This document shows, in pieces, positions 27,673-38,816 of a DNA stretch of 64,000 nt (the first letter of the stretch is position 1; each line of letters begins with the position of its first letter). The DNA lies in NCBI GenBank assembly GCA_963922585.1, contig CAWUIK010000002.1, forward strand, positions 1,342 through 65,341. The letters are read 5' to 3'. The notes below the pieces were generated by a model, which saw nothing but the letters and a program-made list of their open reading frames with translations, had not been told where the DNA came from and ran no database searches. The stretch comes from an uncultured Flavobacteriales bacterium (lineage in GTDB: Bacteria > Bacteroidota > Bacteroidia > Flavobacteriales_D > Parvicellaceae). A program made the position numbers and the translations under genes.

Positions 27673-29568
27673 TTATACTTCCTCAAAGTCAACATCTGTA
27701 ACTTCTTCATCTGAAGTGCCAGCGTTGTCTTTTCCAGCAGAAGCATTAGGATCTTCACCTTGTGCACCTCCTTGTCCATACATTTCAGCGCTAGCTGCTT
27801 GGAACAATTGATTCAACTTTTCCATTCCAGCATCTACAGCAGGAATATCTTTCGCTTCATGTGCTTTTTTCAATTCAGCAACTGCTTCTTCAATTGGTTG
27901 TTTTTTATCTGAAGGAAGTTTATCTCCAGCATCTTTTATGGCTTTCTCCACTTGGAAAATCAAAGAATCCGCTTGGTTTAATTTTTCAATTTCTTCCTTC
28001 TTCTTAGCATCTGCTTCAGCATTAGCTTCCGCTTCTTGCTTCATTCTTTGAATTTCTGCATCGCTTAATCCCGAAGAAGCCTCGATTCTAATTTTCTGTT
28101 CTTTACCAGTAGCTTTATCAGTAGCTTTTACATTGATAATACCATTGGCATCAATATCAAAACTTACTTCGATTTGAGGTACTCCTCTTTGTGCTGGAGG
28201 AATTCCATCTAACAAAAAGTTTCCAATTGTTCTGTTGTCAGCAGCCATAGGTCTTTCACCTTGTAACACGTGAATGTTTACAGAGGGTTGGTTATCAGCA
28301 GCTGTAGAAAAAACTTGAGATTTTTGTGTAGGAATAGTTGTGTTTGCTTCAATTAACTTAGTCATAACACCTCCCATTGTCTCAATTCCAAGAGAAAGTG
28401 GTGTTACATCAAGTAGCAAAACATCTTTAACTTCACCAGTTAAAACTCCACCTTGAATTGCTGCTCCTAAAGAAACAACTTCATCAGGATTTACTCCTTT
28501 TGAAGGTGCTTTCCCAAAGAATTTTTCTACCGCTTCTTGGATTGCTGGAATTCTTGTTGAACCACCTACCAAAATGATTTCATCAATATCACTATTTGAT
28601 AGACCTGCATTTTTCATTGCAGATTTACATGGCTCAATGGTTCTTTTTACTAAATCATCAATCAGTTGCTCAAATTTTGCTCTAGAAAGCGTTCTTACTA
28701 AGTGTTTTGGAACACCATCTACTGGCATAATATACGGCAAGTTGATTTCAGTCGAAGAAGTACTTGACAATTCAATTTTTGCCTTCTCAGCGGCTTCTTT
28801 TAATCTTTGAAGTGCCATTGGGTCTTTTCTTAAATCAAGACCTTCATCTTTTTTAAATTCGTCTGCCAACCAGTCAATGATTTTCTCATCCACATTGTCA
28901 CCCCCCAGGTGTGTATCTCCATCTGTAGCAAGAACTTCAAAAACTCCATCTCCTAATTCTAGAATAGAAACATCGTGTGTTCCACCTCCAAAATCGAAAA
29001 CTACAATTTTCATGTCTTTTCCAGCCTTGTCTAATCCATAAGCCAATGCAGCAGCAGTAGGCTCGTTGATGATTCTTTTTACATTTAGACCAGCGATTTC
29101 TCCCGCTTCTTTAGTAGCTTGACGCTGAGAGTCATTGAAATATGCAGGAACTGTAATTACCGCTTCAGTAACTGAAGTACCTAAATAATCTTCAGCCGTT
29201 TTCTTCATTTTTTGAAGAATCATCGCAGAAATTTCTTGTGGAGAATATTTTCTTCCATCAATTTCAACTCTTGGAGTATTGTTGTCTCCTTTAACAACTT
29301 TATATGGCACTCTAGTAATTTCATCTGCTCTTTCATCAAAAGTGCTTCCCATGAATCTTTTGATAGAATATACAGTATTTGTTGGATTGGTAATCGCTTG
29401 TCTTTTTGCTGGATCACCAATTGCTCTTTCGCTATCTTTAGTAAAACCTACTACGGATGGAGTGGTTCTTTTACCTTCATTGTTAGGAATTACAACTGGC
29501 TCGTTTCCTTCCATTACAGAAACGCATGAGTTGGTTGTCCCTAAGTCGATTCCTATTATTTTTCCCAT
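27673..29568 (-). CDS. dnaK: molecular chaperone DnaK (Hsp70)
   Basis: 631 aa with GIDLGTTNS and DLGGGTFD-type motifs (here [11 protein letters not shown]). Collinear with Hsp70 along its full length. Confidence 0.95.
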   Translation of the reverse strand: MGKIIGIDLGTTNSCVSVMEGNEPVVIPNNEGKRTTPSVVGFTKDSERAIGDPAKRQAITNPTNTVYSIKRFMGSTFDERADEITRVPYKVVKGDNNTPRVEIDGRKYSPQEISAMILQKMKKTAEDYLGTSVTEAVITVPAYFNDSQRQATKEAGEIAGLNVKRIINEPTAAALAYGLDKAGKDMKIVVFDFGGGTHDVSILELGDGVFEVLATDGDTHLGGDNVDEKIIDWLADEFKKDEGLDLRKDPMALQRLKEAAEKAKIELSSTSSTEINLPYIMPVDGVPKHLVRTLSRAKFEQLIDDLVKRTIEPCKSAMKNAGLSNSDIDEIILVGGSTRIPAIQEAVEKFFGKAPSKGVNPDEVVSLGAAIQGGVLTGEVKDVLLLDVTPLSLGIETMGGVMTKLIEANTTIPTQKSQVFSTAADNQPSVNIHVLQGERPMAADNRTIGNFLLDGIPPAQRGVPQIEVSFDIDANGIINVKATDKATGKEQKIRIEASSGLSDAEIQRMKQEAEANAEADAKKKEEIEKLNQADSLIFQVEKAIKDAGDKLPSDKKQPIEEAVAELKKAHEAKDIPAVDAGMEKLNQLFQAASAEMYGQGGAQGEDPNASAGKDNAGTSDEEVTDVDFEEV

Positions 29569-29783
29569 TTTTCTAATTATTTGTTTTAATTATTTATTTA
29601 ATCTAAATGATCATTTTTTTGAACAAACAACTCTAGTCAATTCTTATGCCACAGCATTTTTTATGACATTGACATCAATTTTGTCATAATTTACTTGAGA
29701 AGTCGTTCGTTTTTCTGACAAAATTGCTTAAAATGCCTATTTATAGCTTCATAATTTTGTGTAAGTTTGTAAAAAAATCAAAA

Positions 29784-31166
29784 ATGACATCAAAAGAATT
29801 TACAGTTGAACATAGGGAGAGATTAATTCAAGAATTAATAGATTTTTTAAAACTTAAATCGGTAAGTGCGGATCCAAATTACTCTAATGATGTAAAATTA
29901 ACAGCAGAATTCGTTAAGAAAAGTATAGAAAAGGCTGGTATGCAATCTGTGGAAATTTGTCCTACTGCTGGACATCCTATTGTTTATGCAGAACATATTA
30001 TAGATGAAAAACTACCAACGGTTTTGGTATACGGGCATTACGATGTACAACCAGCCGACCCTATAGAATTATGGGAAAGCGATCCGTTTGAACCAGTAGT
30101 AAAAACTTCAAAAAGACATCCAGAAGGTGCTATATTTGCAAGAGGAGCGTGTGACGATAAAGGACAAGTGTATATGCACGTAAAAGCCATTGAATACATG
30201 ATTGCAAATAATTGTTTGCCTTGCAACATTAAATTAATGATAGAAGGAGAAGAGGAAGTGGGTTCTACCAATCTTTCTATCTTTGTAAAAGAAAATGCCG
30301 AAAGACTAAAAGCGGATGTAATTTTAGTTTCTGACACATCCATTATAGCGAATGACATTCCTTCCATCACTGTTGGATTGCGAGGATTGAGTTATGTAGA
30401 AGTTGAAGTTACAGGGCCTAATAGAGATTTACACTCTGGTGTTTATGGTGGTGCAGTGGCGAATCCAATAAATATTCTAGCAAAAATGATTGCTTCACTG
30501 CAAGATGAAGATAATAGAATAACCATTCCCGGATTTTATGATGATGTATTGGAAGTAAGTCCTGAAGATAGAGCACTGATGGCTAAAGCCCCTTTTGATT
30601 TAGAAGCGTATAAAAAAGATTTGAATATTGATGATGTATGCGGAGAAAAAGGGTTTTCTACCAACGAAAGAACTTCCATCAGACCTACTTTGGACGTGAA
30701 TGGAATATGGGGAGGATATATTGGAAAAGGAGCTAAAACAGTTTTACCAAGTAAAGTTTATGCGAAAATCTCAATGAGATTGGTACCCAATCAGAATTGG
30801 GAGAAAATAACGACCTTGTTTAAAAATCATTTTGAGTCTATTGCTCCAAAAGGCGTAAAAGTAAAAGTAACACCACATCATGGTGGTCAAGGAAGTTTAG
30901 TTGAAACCAATTTTCCTGCGTATCAAGCGGCTTCAAAAGCGATGGAAGAAACCTATGGTAAAATACCAATTCCTGTGAGAAGTGGAGGAAGTATTCCAAT
31001 TATCGCGCTTTTTGAAGAAATTTTAGGTCTGAAATCGGTTTTGTTTGGTTTTGGACTAAATTCAGATTTGATTCATTCACCTAATGAACATTACGGGTTG
31101 TTTAATTATTTCAAAGGAATTGAAACTATTCCATTGTTTTATAAGTATTACTCAGAATCAAATTAA
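29784..31166 (+). CDS. M20-family dipeptidase/metallopeptidase
   Basis: GHYDVQP, ARGACDDKG, and EGEEEVGS motifs. Start moved to ATG 29784 (MTSKEF..). Confidence 0.8.
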   Translation: MTSKEFTVEHRERLIQELIDFLKLKSVSADPNYSNDVKLTAEFVKKSIEKAGMQSVEICPTAGHPIVYAEHIIDEKLPTVLVYGHYDVQPADPIELWESDPFEPVVKTSKRHPEGAIFARGACDDKGQVYMHVKAIEYMIANNCLPCNIKLMIEGEEEVGSTNLSIFVKENAERLKADVILVSDTSIIANDIPSITVGLRGLSYVEVEVTGPNRDLHSGVYGGAVANPINILAKMIASLQDEDNRITIPGFYDDVLEVSPEDRALMAKAPFDLEAYKKDLNIDDVCGEKGFSTNERTSIRPTLDVNGIWGGYIGKGAKTVLPSKVYAKISMRLVPNQNWEKITTLFKNHFESIAPKGVKVKVTPHHGGQGSLVETNFPAYQAASKAMEETYGKIPIPVRSGGSIPIIALFEEILGLKSVLFGFGLNSDLIHSPNEHYGLFNYFKGIETIPLFYKYYSESN

Positions 31167-31178
31167 CATCAATTACTT

Positions 31179-31652
31179 ATGACGCGCAATTTTAAATTTT
31201 GGTTTTTATTGGTATCATTTACTTTTTTGTTTCAAGGTTGCTTGGAGTACAAAGAGGTTAATTTTAAAGGAGTAAAAGATGTAAACATTCAGGACAGAAG
31301 CTCTGATAAAATGAAAATTGAAATTGCGGTGTTGATTGATAATCCCAATACTTACAATATCAAAGTAAAGAAGTCTACATTAGATGTTTATTTGAACGGA
31401 AAATATGCAGGAAAGACAACTTTAGATCAAAAAGTAGTGATTAAGAAAAAATCGGAAAATGTATATTATGCTGTAATTAATGTAAGCACCAAAGATTTAA
31501 TGAAAGCAGCAATGGGAAGTATTGGCGGTCTGCTAAAAGGCACCGCCACAGTAGAACTCAAAGGAAAAGTAAAAGGTTCTGTCTATGGAATTTCCAAAAG
31601 TGTAGATGTGGATATGAAGGAAGAAGTGAATCTAAAAGACTTTATGCCTTAG
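31179..31652 (+). CDS. lipoprotein with LEA type 2 / water-stress-response-like domain
   Basis: Signal FLFQGC|L. Size and beta-rich pattern (..IEIAVLIDNPNTYNIKVKKSTLDVYLNG..) are like LEA_2-family lipoproteins. Confidence 0.45.
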   Translation: MTRNFKFWFLLVSFTFLFQGCLEYKEVNFKGVKDVNIQDRSSDKMKIEIAVLIDNPNTYNIKVKKSTLDVYLNGKYAGKTTLDQKVVIKKKSENVYYAVINVSTKDLMKAAMGSIGGLLKGTATVELKGKVKGSVYGISKSVDVDMKEEVNLKDFMP

Positions 31653-31852
31653 TTTTTTACAATGTACAACGTCTTATTTATAATGAAAAAATTGAATTAT
31701 TCATTACATTGTTCCATTAAATGTTTGATATTTAACTCCCTATTAACAAATAATTTTGAAAAAAACGAAAAAATCTTGCTAAATAGTTTGGTCATGTCAT
31801 TAGTTTAATTTAGTTTAGTTTAGTCGATTATATTAACTAATTAATCGAAAAA

Positions 31853-34800
31853 ATGAAAACAACCCAAAGATTATTACTAACTGTAATTATGACCACACTA
31901 GGAATCTACTCGAACGCTCAAAATCAGCACTTAAATAACTTTGATTGTGGGAATGTTGATTCGATACATTCAATAAAGTCTTTTTTTTCTTGTGGTAGTT
32001 TATTTGATCATAAGCCAGATGAACCTAATAATTGGAGGCATGACCAAATATATACCGTAAAATTAAGAGTGCATATTTTACAACAATCAATATCAAATCC
32101 TCAAAATTTTGAGAATAACCAAAATACTGTTGATTATTTTAATCAACAAATTCACTGGGTAAATGATTTCTACAGAACAATAAACCCTCCATCTAGACAA
32201 GTCCTTAACCCTTCAGATGAATTAACTGATTCTAGAATACAGTTTCAACTTCAACAAAATGATATATTATTCCATATTGACCCAATCGGATGGGATAGGT
32301 TTGTACTCTCTAGAAAAGGGCCTTATATTTTTAGTAGTATTGGACCTGTTGGTGCTGGTAATACTCAATTTGTGTCAACCATTGGAAATTTAACAATTGG
32401 AAGTCAAAAGTTAAACGTAGGATATGAATTAATTATTAATGTAAATGGAGTGGATGAATTATTTGAAGTGATTTCAGTTGCTTATAATTCTACAACTAAT
32501 ACTACTAACATTGAAATTTTTAATCCAAATAATTTTTCGATTCTAACATCTTCATTTGAATATACCTATCAATTTAGTAACTTAAATTGTTCAGATGATA
32601 ATTATATAAAATATGGAAGTGAAGATTATTTAGATGTTTTTGTAACTGCAGGAAGTAATTATAACTATCAAGTTCCGGTAGGTTGTGGTCCAAGCGGTAG
32701 TTGGTTAAATATGTCTAATATGTTGTTTGGAGGTGATTTTGCAAATGCACAATTATTAGCGCATGAAATTGGTCATTGTTTAGGACTTAATCATACAAAC
32801 ACTCCTCAATTTTCAGATCTTCCAAGTACTGATCAATTTTGTTTTTGCCCTTGTAACACAACAACTGTGAGTAACAACGTAATGGGATATAATCAATGTA
32901 GAGATTATTTTTCACCACTACAAATTTCAAGAATGCGTCAAGTGATATCCTCGGATACTCGAGGATTACTTCAAAGAACTGTAAATTGTAACGAAAATGA
33001 AAATGTTTCATTAGTTGTTAATACAAACTCAACTTGGAATTATAACCAAGCGACAAGAGGAAACCTTATTATTAAAAATAATAGTACTTTAACCGTAACC
33101 TGTAGAGTTAATCTTCCTCCCAATGCTAAAGTAATTATAGAATCAGGAAGTAAACTTATTTTAGATGGAGGCATTTTAACAAATGACTGCGGTTACATGT
33201 GGCTCGGTATTGACGTACAAGGAAACAGAACGATCCACCAAACTTCAGCCAACCAAGGAGTATTGGAAATGAAAAATGGAGCAATTATAGAATATGCCAA
33301 AAATGGAATTAGAACTATCGGGACAGATGAAAACGACATAAAAGATTGGTCAAAAACTGGAGGGATTGTAAGAATCTATGATGGGACATTTAGAAATTGT
33401 AGAAGAGGAATAGAATTCCTTTCGTATGCAAATATGAACCCTACTGGAAATGGACAAGAAATGTCAAATCAAAGTTTTATTCATAACGCGAATTTTGTAA
33501 CAGATGAAGTTTTGCCAAATAATGTTATTCCTTATGCAGGTTTAACTATGTTTGAAGTAAGAGGAATTCAAATCAGAAACTGTAATTTTGAAAATATTAG
33601 AACAGATATTGCTACTGTTCCAGTTGATGAAAGAGGAAGTGGTATCTACAGTATAGATGCCAACTATAAAGTAACTTCTGGTTATAATATCTCAACCGGA
33701 AATCCTATTGCAGGAACAGGAAATGAATTTAGTAACCTCTATTATGGTATTTACACAAGTGGCGGAACAGAATGGAGTGATGTAATTATCAATGACAATG
33801 ATTTTAACAATTGTGCATTTGGTGTAGGACTTACAGGAACAAATTACGCTACCATAGGTAGAAACAATTTTGCTATAAAAGGTGGAAACGGCACACCAAC
33901 TCTTTTCGGACAAGGATTTGGAGTTTATACAGAAGGTGCTTATGGATTTAATATTGAACAAAACACCTATACAAGTCTCGACCCAAGCGGTTTTCCAGAC
34001 CAAGCGGTTCACGTAAAACAGTCTAGTGATGTAGGAACAGGAAAAGTATATAAAAATACCATAACAAATACAACCTATGGAACACAAACAGCCAACAACA
34101 ATGAATCTCTTAAAATAGATTGTAACAATTACAACAAAGGGACTAAAAGTACCATAGATATTCATAACGCACTTGGAGATTTAGCTAATCAAGGAGATTG
34201 CTCTTTAAATGGTGTCCCTGCCAAAAACCTTTTCAGTGGCACTTGCGATAATACTTCGCTTTCGCAAATTTATAACAATGGAAATCCATTTATTTATACT
34301 TACGAGGGTACTACACTAGACCCAAATTGCACAAATTTAGGAACAAATGCCGTACCTTGTGGTCTTCCTATTGCAAATGGATGTCCTCCCAAGTTACCCA
34401 ATAATGTAATCACACCCAAACCAGTAAGATTATCTCAAGTAAAAGGAAAGATAGGCATTGTAAAAACAGACATCAATTCACTAAAAACAAATATTGAAGA
34501 AGGAGATAGTGAAAATTTAATGACTGCTATTGCTACGCAAAATACTGGAAATCTCAAAAATACACTGATGGCAAAATCACCTTATTTGAGTGATAGAGTG
34601 CTAAACGCTTATTTGACAAAACCACAGCAAGCACCTCCTGGACATATCAAAGAAGTAGTAATTGCCAATTCACCTGTTACGAATGAGATCAAAGAGGTAA
34701 TCGATTTGATGAGTTTACCTAATGGTATTCGTAACCAAATCAATGCTGCTCAAGTTGGTATTTCAGTACGAACAGAACTAGAAAACCAATTAAAAGCACT

Positions 34801-35533
34801 TGATAAAGAAAGAATGTTGCTCATAGATGAAGTAGTAAGAGAATATGCAGATACCAATTGGTTGGATAGCGCCATCGTTTTCTTAAAAGACGAAGGTTCA
34901 ATATCGGCTTTATGTGCATTGGTTCCTATGGAAGTAAGAAAAGATACTGTAAGTGCCAAAATTCACATCAGCAGTATTAGAAATGAAGCAGATAATCTAG
35001 AACAGAGAAATCCAACAGACGAAAGAATAGATGCTATGAGAGGATTCTGTAATTTTCATGAAACCTTAATGAAAGTTAAATCCAAAGAAGGCAGTTATTT
35101 CAATTTAGACAGTAAAGAGTTACTGAGTTTAGAAGCATTAGCACAATCAGAATTGGCTGTATCTTACAACGCCAAAGCCATATTAAATTTCATAAACGAG
35201 GAAATTCCTCTTTATCAAGGGTATGATGCCTTTTTTCCAAAAAGTATGACACTTGAAGAAAGTGAAACTTTAATTTCATCAGAAAATTATTTTGATTTTA
35301 AAGCCTACCCCAATCCATCAAACGGGAATGTTACGTTTACAATAGATGAAAAAATGGAAGGAAATAAGACCATTGTAATTACAGATTTATTGGGTAAAGT
35401 AATTAGAATATTACCCGTAAACAACCCAACCATAAATTATGAGTTTATAAATGTACCACAAGGTACTTATCTCGCCCATTTAGTAATGGATGGACAAATT
35501 GAAAAAACTATAAAAGTAATGTATGTGGAGTAA
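31853..35533 (+). CDS. large secreted zinc metalloprotease-domain protein with beta-helix-like repeats and T9SS type A sorting domain
   Basis: 1226 aa with a signal peptide and HEIGHCLGLNHT (HExxHxxGxxH, metzincin/M43-like). The Asn/Gly-rich repeat region looks like a parallel beta-helix. The C-terminus (..KAYPNPSNGNVTF...GTYLAHLVMDGQIEKTIKVMYVE) is a T9SS CTD. Confidence 0.7.
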   Translation: MKTTQRLLLTVIMTTLGIYSNAQNQHLNNFDCGNVDSIHSIKSFFSCGSLFDHKPDEPNNWRHDQIYTVKLRVHILQQSISNPQNFENNQNTVDYFNQQIHWVNDFYRTINPPSRQVLNPSDELTDSRIQFQLQQNDILFHIDPIGWDRFVLSRKGPYIFSSIGPVGAGNTQFVSTIGNLTIGSQKLNVGYELIINVNGVDELFEVISVAYNSTTNTTNIEIFNPNNFSILTSSFEYTYQFSNLNCSDDNYIKYGSEDYLDVFVTAGSNYNYQVPVGCGPSGSWLNMSNMLFGGDFANAQLLAHEIGHCLGLNHTNTPQFSDLPSTDQFCFCPCNTTTVSNNVMGYNQCRDYFSPLQISRMRQVISSDTRGLLQRTVNCNENENVSLVVNTNSTWNYNQATRGNLIIKNNSTLTVTCRVNLPPNAKVIIESGSKLILDGGILTNDCGYMWLGIDVQGNRTIHQTSANQGVLEMKNGAIIEYAKNGIRTIGTDENDIKDWSKTGGIVRIYDGTFRNCRRGIEFLSYANMNPTGNGQEMSNQSFIHNANFVTDEVLPNNVIPYAGLTMFEVRGIQIRNCNFENIRTDIATVPVDERGSGIYSIDANYKVTSGYNISTGNPIAGTGNEFSNLYYGIYTSGGTEWSDVIINDNDFNNCAFGVGLTGTNYATIGRNNFAIKGGNGTPTLFGQGFGVYTEGAYGFNIEQNTYTSLDPSGFPDQAVHVKQSSDVGTGKVYKNTITNTTYGTQTANNNESLKIDCNNYNKGTKSTIDIHNALGDLANQGDCSLNGVPAKNLFSGTCDNTSLSQIYNNGNPFIYTYEGTTLDPNCTNLGTNAVPCGLPIANGCPPKLPNNVITPKPVRLSQVKGKIGIVKTDINSLKTNIEEGDSENLMTAIATQNTGNLKNTLMAKSPYLSDRVLNAYLTKPQQAPPGHIKEVVIANSPVTNEIKEVIDLMSLPNGIRNQINAAQVGISVRTELENQLKALDKERMLLIDEVVREYADTNWLDSAIVFLKDEGSISALCALVPMEVRKDTVSAKIHISSIRNEADNLEQRNPTDERIDAMRGFCNFHETLMKVKSKEGSYFNLDSKELLSLEALAQSELAVSYNAKAILNFINEEIPLYQGYDAFFPKSMTLEESETLISSENYFDFKAYPNPSNGNVTFTIDEKMEGNKTIVITDLLGKVIRILPVNNPTINYEFINVPQGTYLAHLVMDGQIEKTIKVMYVE

Positions 35534-37043
35534 AACTAAGTATATACATATCTTATTTTCAGTAACTTTATGTCTGCATACTGGGTTTTTACAAGCTCAG
35601 TATGCAGATACCGTGCATCAAACAGATACACAACACGAAATGACTTTTTGCTACAATTGGGATCACACTTATCTTACAAGCGTTAGCGAATTGAGGGATT
35701 CAAACATGACCAACTATGGTTGGACTTATCTTCAATTCAAACAATATGATGAAGATTTTAATGTAATTAGAGAAACCCGATATACGGATTCAACTTATTG
35801 GTTAGTGGGAAGCAGAAGTTTAGCTTTTTATGAAGATGCCTATTATCTTTCAGGTAGTAAAAGAAATTTTGTTTTTCAAGATACAGTCAGAAGTCATATA
35901 GTAAAATATGATACTCTGGGGAATGTTGTATGGGATAAAAGATACTTTATTAATTTTGAATGGTGTCATTTAGTAGATGTCATCCCAAAAGATAATTTTT
36001 TATACGTTACTGGCAATAGGATAGTGCAACTAAACCCACAAACATCTTCTGAGTCTTTTATCATGAAGTTAGATACTGCTGGTAATGAAGTTTGGACAAA
36101 AGTATATCAAAGCACATTCGGAAATCCATTGGCTCTTCGAAAAACATCTGATGGTGGTTTTTTATTTTCAGTATCTCAAAATCAATCCGATCCTGATGCT
36201 TTAATTTATAAATTAGATATTAATGGTAATGTACAATGGCAACGGTTATTTACTAATACCCCTTTTAATAGTGTTCCAAAACAAGGAACATTTTTAAAAG
36301 CAGAAGAAACTCCAAGCGGAGAATTTATTTGTGTGGGGACATCGGATCATCCAATTAATGGAAGAAACCAGCCTTACCTAGTAAAATTAAATGCTAATGG
36401 CACTATTATAAAAGACACCATTTATGAAGTGACATTAGGAAGAGAGGTTCTTTCTCCAAATGGAAAAATGATATTTACTGACGATGGATTTTATGTTGTA
36501 AGCTTACTTCAAGAAGTTTTGTCATCTAGTCTTAGAACGTTAGTTTTAAATTATTATGATTATGATTTAAATCTACAATGGAAAAGAAAATATGAAAAAA
36601 GAGAGGCTGAAAACGCTATCACTTTTTTAAAAGAAGACCCCAACAATGAAGGTTTCTTGATTATGGCAGGCTGTGTATTTCCAGATGCAAACTACCTTAC
36701 ACTAGACGAATGGATGATGCGTGTCGATAGTAATGGTTGCGAAAATCTGCATTGTGTAGCCTCACTTGGCGTTATTCCAGCAAGACAATTTGAAAATGAT
36801 GCTTATTTGAAGATTTATCCTAATCCTGCTCAAAATGAAATTTACATAGAAATTAAAGATAAAGAAAAACCTTATCAAATTTATTCCTATCAAGTACTAG
36901 ATGTCTCAGGGAAATTAATTTCCAACGGTACTGTATTAACCAATCACCCGATAAACATTAGTAATTTCCCCAATGGATATTATTTAATACGGGTAATTAA
37001 TGAAGGTAATTATATTTCTAAACCATTAATCATAAATAGATGA
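35523..37043 (+). CDS. secreted protein with T9SS type A sorting domain
   Basis: 506 aa with a signal peptide ending ..FLQAQ. The C-terminus is KIYPNPAQNEIYIEI...GYYLIRVINEGNYISKPLIINR. Its start overlaps the upstream stop by 11 nt. Confidence 0.65.
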   Translation: MWSKTKYIHILFSVTLCLHTGFLQAQYADTVHQTDTQHEMTFCYNWDHTYLTSVSELRDSNMTNYGWTYLQFKQYDEDFNVIRETRYTDSTYWLVGSRSLAFYEDAYYLSGSKRNFVFQDTVRSHIVKYDTLGNVVWDKRYFINFEWCHLVDVIPKDNFLYVTGNRIVQLNPQTSSESFIMKLDTAGNEVWTKVYQSTFGNPLALRKTSDGGFLFSVSQNQSDPDALIYKLDINGNVQWQRLFTNTPFNSVPKQGTFLKAEETPSGEFICVGTSDHPINGRNQPYLVKLNANGTIIKDTIYEVTLGREVLSPNGKMIFTDDGFYVVSLLQEVLSSSLRTLVLNYYDYDLNLQWKRKYEKREAENAITFLKEDPNNEGFLIMAGCVFPDANYLTLDEWMMRVDSNGCENLHCVASLGVIPARQFENDAYLKIYPNPAQNEIYIEIKDKEKPYQIYSYQVLDVSGKLISNGTVLTNHPINISNFPNGYYLIRVINEGNYISKPLIINR

Positions 37044-37876
37044 AAAAACTAATTATACTTTTATTTTGGTTACCACTGGTTTTCTTTTCTCAAGAAGAGT
37101 TTTCTTTTGAGTTGTATTTTGAAGATGCTTTAGGAAATAAAGATACTTTAGTTTTGGGCTACGACCCCTTAGCCACAGATTCTATTGATGTAGCTTTTGG
37201 TGAAGTGAATATTGTAAACCAACCGTGGGATAGTGTTTTTGAAGCGAGAGCATTGAATTTGACATGGAATTCAAATGGACTTGTTTTTGATTCAATAATT
37301 AATAGTTCCAAAAAACAAATATCTAAACATTCAAGTGATATAATTATAGGCGTTAAGACTTCAAACATTTCAGATGTCACAATGACTTGGAATAATCAAG
37401 ATTTTAATTATCAATCTCTTCATAATTATAGTTATTTTTCATTCCCAAATGATGTTGTTACCCCACCTAATTTTATTTTTCTTAATGATAATCAAGAATA
37501 TACAATGTGTGCAAATGGATTTTGTGATTTAGCAGAATTAAATATTGATAGTGAGACGATACATTATTTTATGTTAAATTTTAGTGATACAAATGTATTG
37601 TCTTCTAGAGAATTGTTTTTTAACAAAAACCAAATCATTTTTCCAAATCCAATAAATAAATGTGCTAACAATGGAGAAATTTCAATTATTGGATTAAAAG
37701 TAAATGAAATTGTAAAGGCAATAATATATGATGAGATGGGTAAGGTTATATTAAATATAGATGCCAACGGATTGGAAAACGGGAAACTAGATGTTTCAAC
37801 TTTGTCTTCTGGACTATATTTTATTCAATTAATTAATGGTAGTAACTCGGAAGTTATTAAACTAATTGTAAATTAA
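37040..37876 (+). CDS. secreted protein with T9SS type A sorting domain
   Basis: 278 aa with a signal peptide. The C-terminus is IFPNPINK...GLYFIQLINGSNSEVIKLIVN. It has an ATGA overlap with the upstream gene. Confidence 0.6.
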   Translation: MKKLIILLFWLPLVFFSQEEFSFELYFEDALGNKDTLVLGYDPLATDSIDVAFGEVNIVNQPWDSVFEARALNLTWNSNGLVFDSIINSSKKQISKHSSDIIIGVKTSNISDVTMTWNNQDFNYQSLHNYSYFSFPNDVVTPPNFIFLNDNQEYTMCANGFCDLAELNIDSETIHYFMLNFSDTNVLSSRELFFNKNQIIFPNPINKCANNGEISIIGLKVNEIVKAIIYDEMGKVILNIDANGLENGKLDVSTLSSGLYFIQLINGSNSEVIKLIVN

Positions 37877-37887
37877 GAAATAAACTT

Positions 37888-38712
37888 TTAGTCTTTAGGT
37901 TTTTCATTGTTTAAATCCTCCAAAGATAAACTCGTCAACCCACGAAGTCCTTTTGCCATTTTTTTGAAATAATAGGCTAAAGATGTTTCGCTCAATGGAA
38001 TATCTACTGGAATGGTCAATGTAATAGGAATTTCAGCATTTACAGGCATCGCTTCTGAGAATGTGATTCTAGCAGTTGACTTTAATGGAATTTTTACTGG
38101 GACCATAACATCTACAGGGATTTTCATACTCAAACCTACGGGTAATGTGTCTATGATAATCATATCTATTGGGACAACACTATAAACCGGTAAATCTTCG
38201 CTAAAACCTACTTTTAGTTTTTGTTTTACAGGTATTTTTCCTTGAATTGGAAAAGAAGGTCCTTTGGTTCCTTTACCAAAAATAGGCATTTTCACTTTTT
38301 GATTGAGTGGTATGGTATCATCAACATCGATGTTTACATAGTCACTGATATGAATAGTGGTATCCAAAATGATATAGTCTTTCACGCCAATTTTGAAAGG
38401 TACTAACATGTTTTCGTTTACAGGAATTTCTGCTGTGAAAGGAATTTCACTTTCCACCATCATATTGATGCCTACTTCAATTTCATCTGTTACAAAAATA
38501 CTAGAGTTCAATGGAATCATCTCATCTACCGTGACTTCTGTGATAATGTGCTGTTCTGCCATTTCGTCCATAGTATCTCCAATAACTAAAAGTCGTTTTT
38601 CTGAGACTTTTAATGCGGTAACTAAAACGATAATAATTCCAAAGTTAATCAGCAAAGCAATGGTTAGGAAAGCCACTGTCCATTTTTGAAATCTTGACCA
38701 TTTTTTCAACAT
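37888..38712 (-). CDS. membrane-anchored protein with repetitive (I/M)PV-rich segments, unknown function
   Basis: 274 aa with one N-terminal TM helix, followed by repeated ..IPV..../..PVxxxIP.. motifs. Confidence 0.45.
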   Translation of the reverse strand: MLKKWSRFQKWTVAFLTIALLINFGIIIVLVTALKVSEKRLLVIGDTMDEMAEQHIITEVTVDEMIPLNSSIFVTDEIEVGINMMVESEIPFTAEIPVNENMLVPFKIGVKDYIILDTTIHISDYVNIDVDDTIPLNQKVKMPIFGKGTKGPSFPIQGKIPVKQKLKVGFSEDLPVYSVVPIDMIIIDTLPVGLSMKIPVDVMVPVKIPLKSTARITFSEAMPVNAEIPITLTIPVDIPLSETSLAYYFKKMAKGLRGLTSLSLEDLNNEKPKD

Positions 38713-38816
38713 AAGTGCAAATATAATCTAATATTTTATATTTTCTCCAACATTAACACGTTTAAAAACACTTGATTTCAATACAAACTCTATTCGCTTT
38801 AAATGTATTTTTGGAA

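Noticed and set aside
28574-29689. Several 66-136-aa ORFs on both strands inside and just upstream of dnaK. The same kind of shadow ORFs occur inside recA, cysN, cysD, the ABC-F gene, hemH, hemC, hemE and the 1226-aa gene.
   Set aside because: They lie in alternative frames of, or antisense to, strongly conserved genes. Their composition is biased and they have no motifs. They are typical shadow ORFs.
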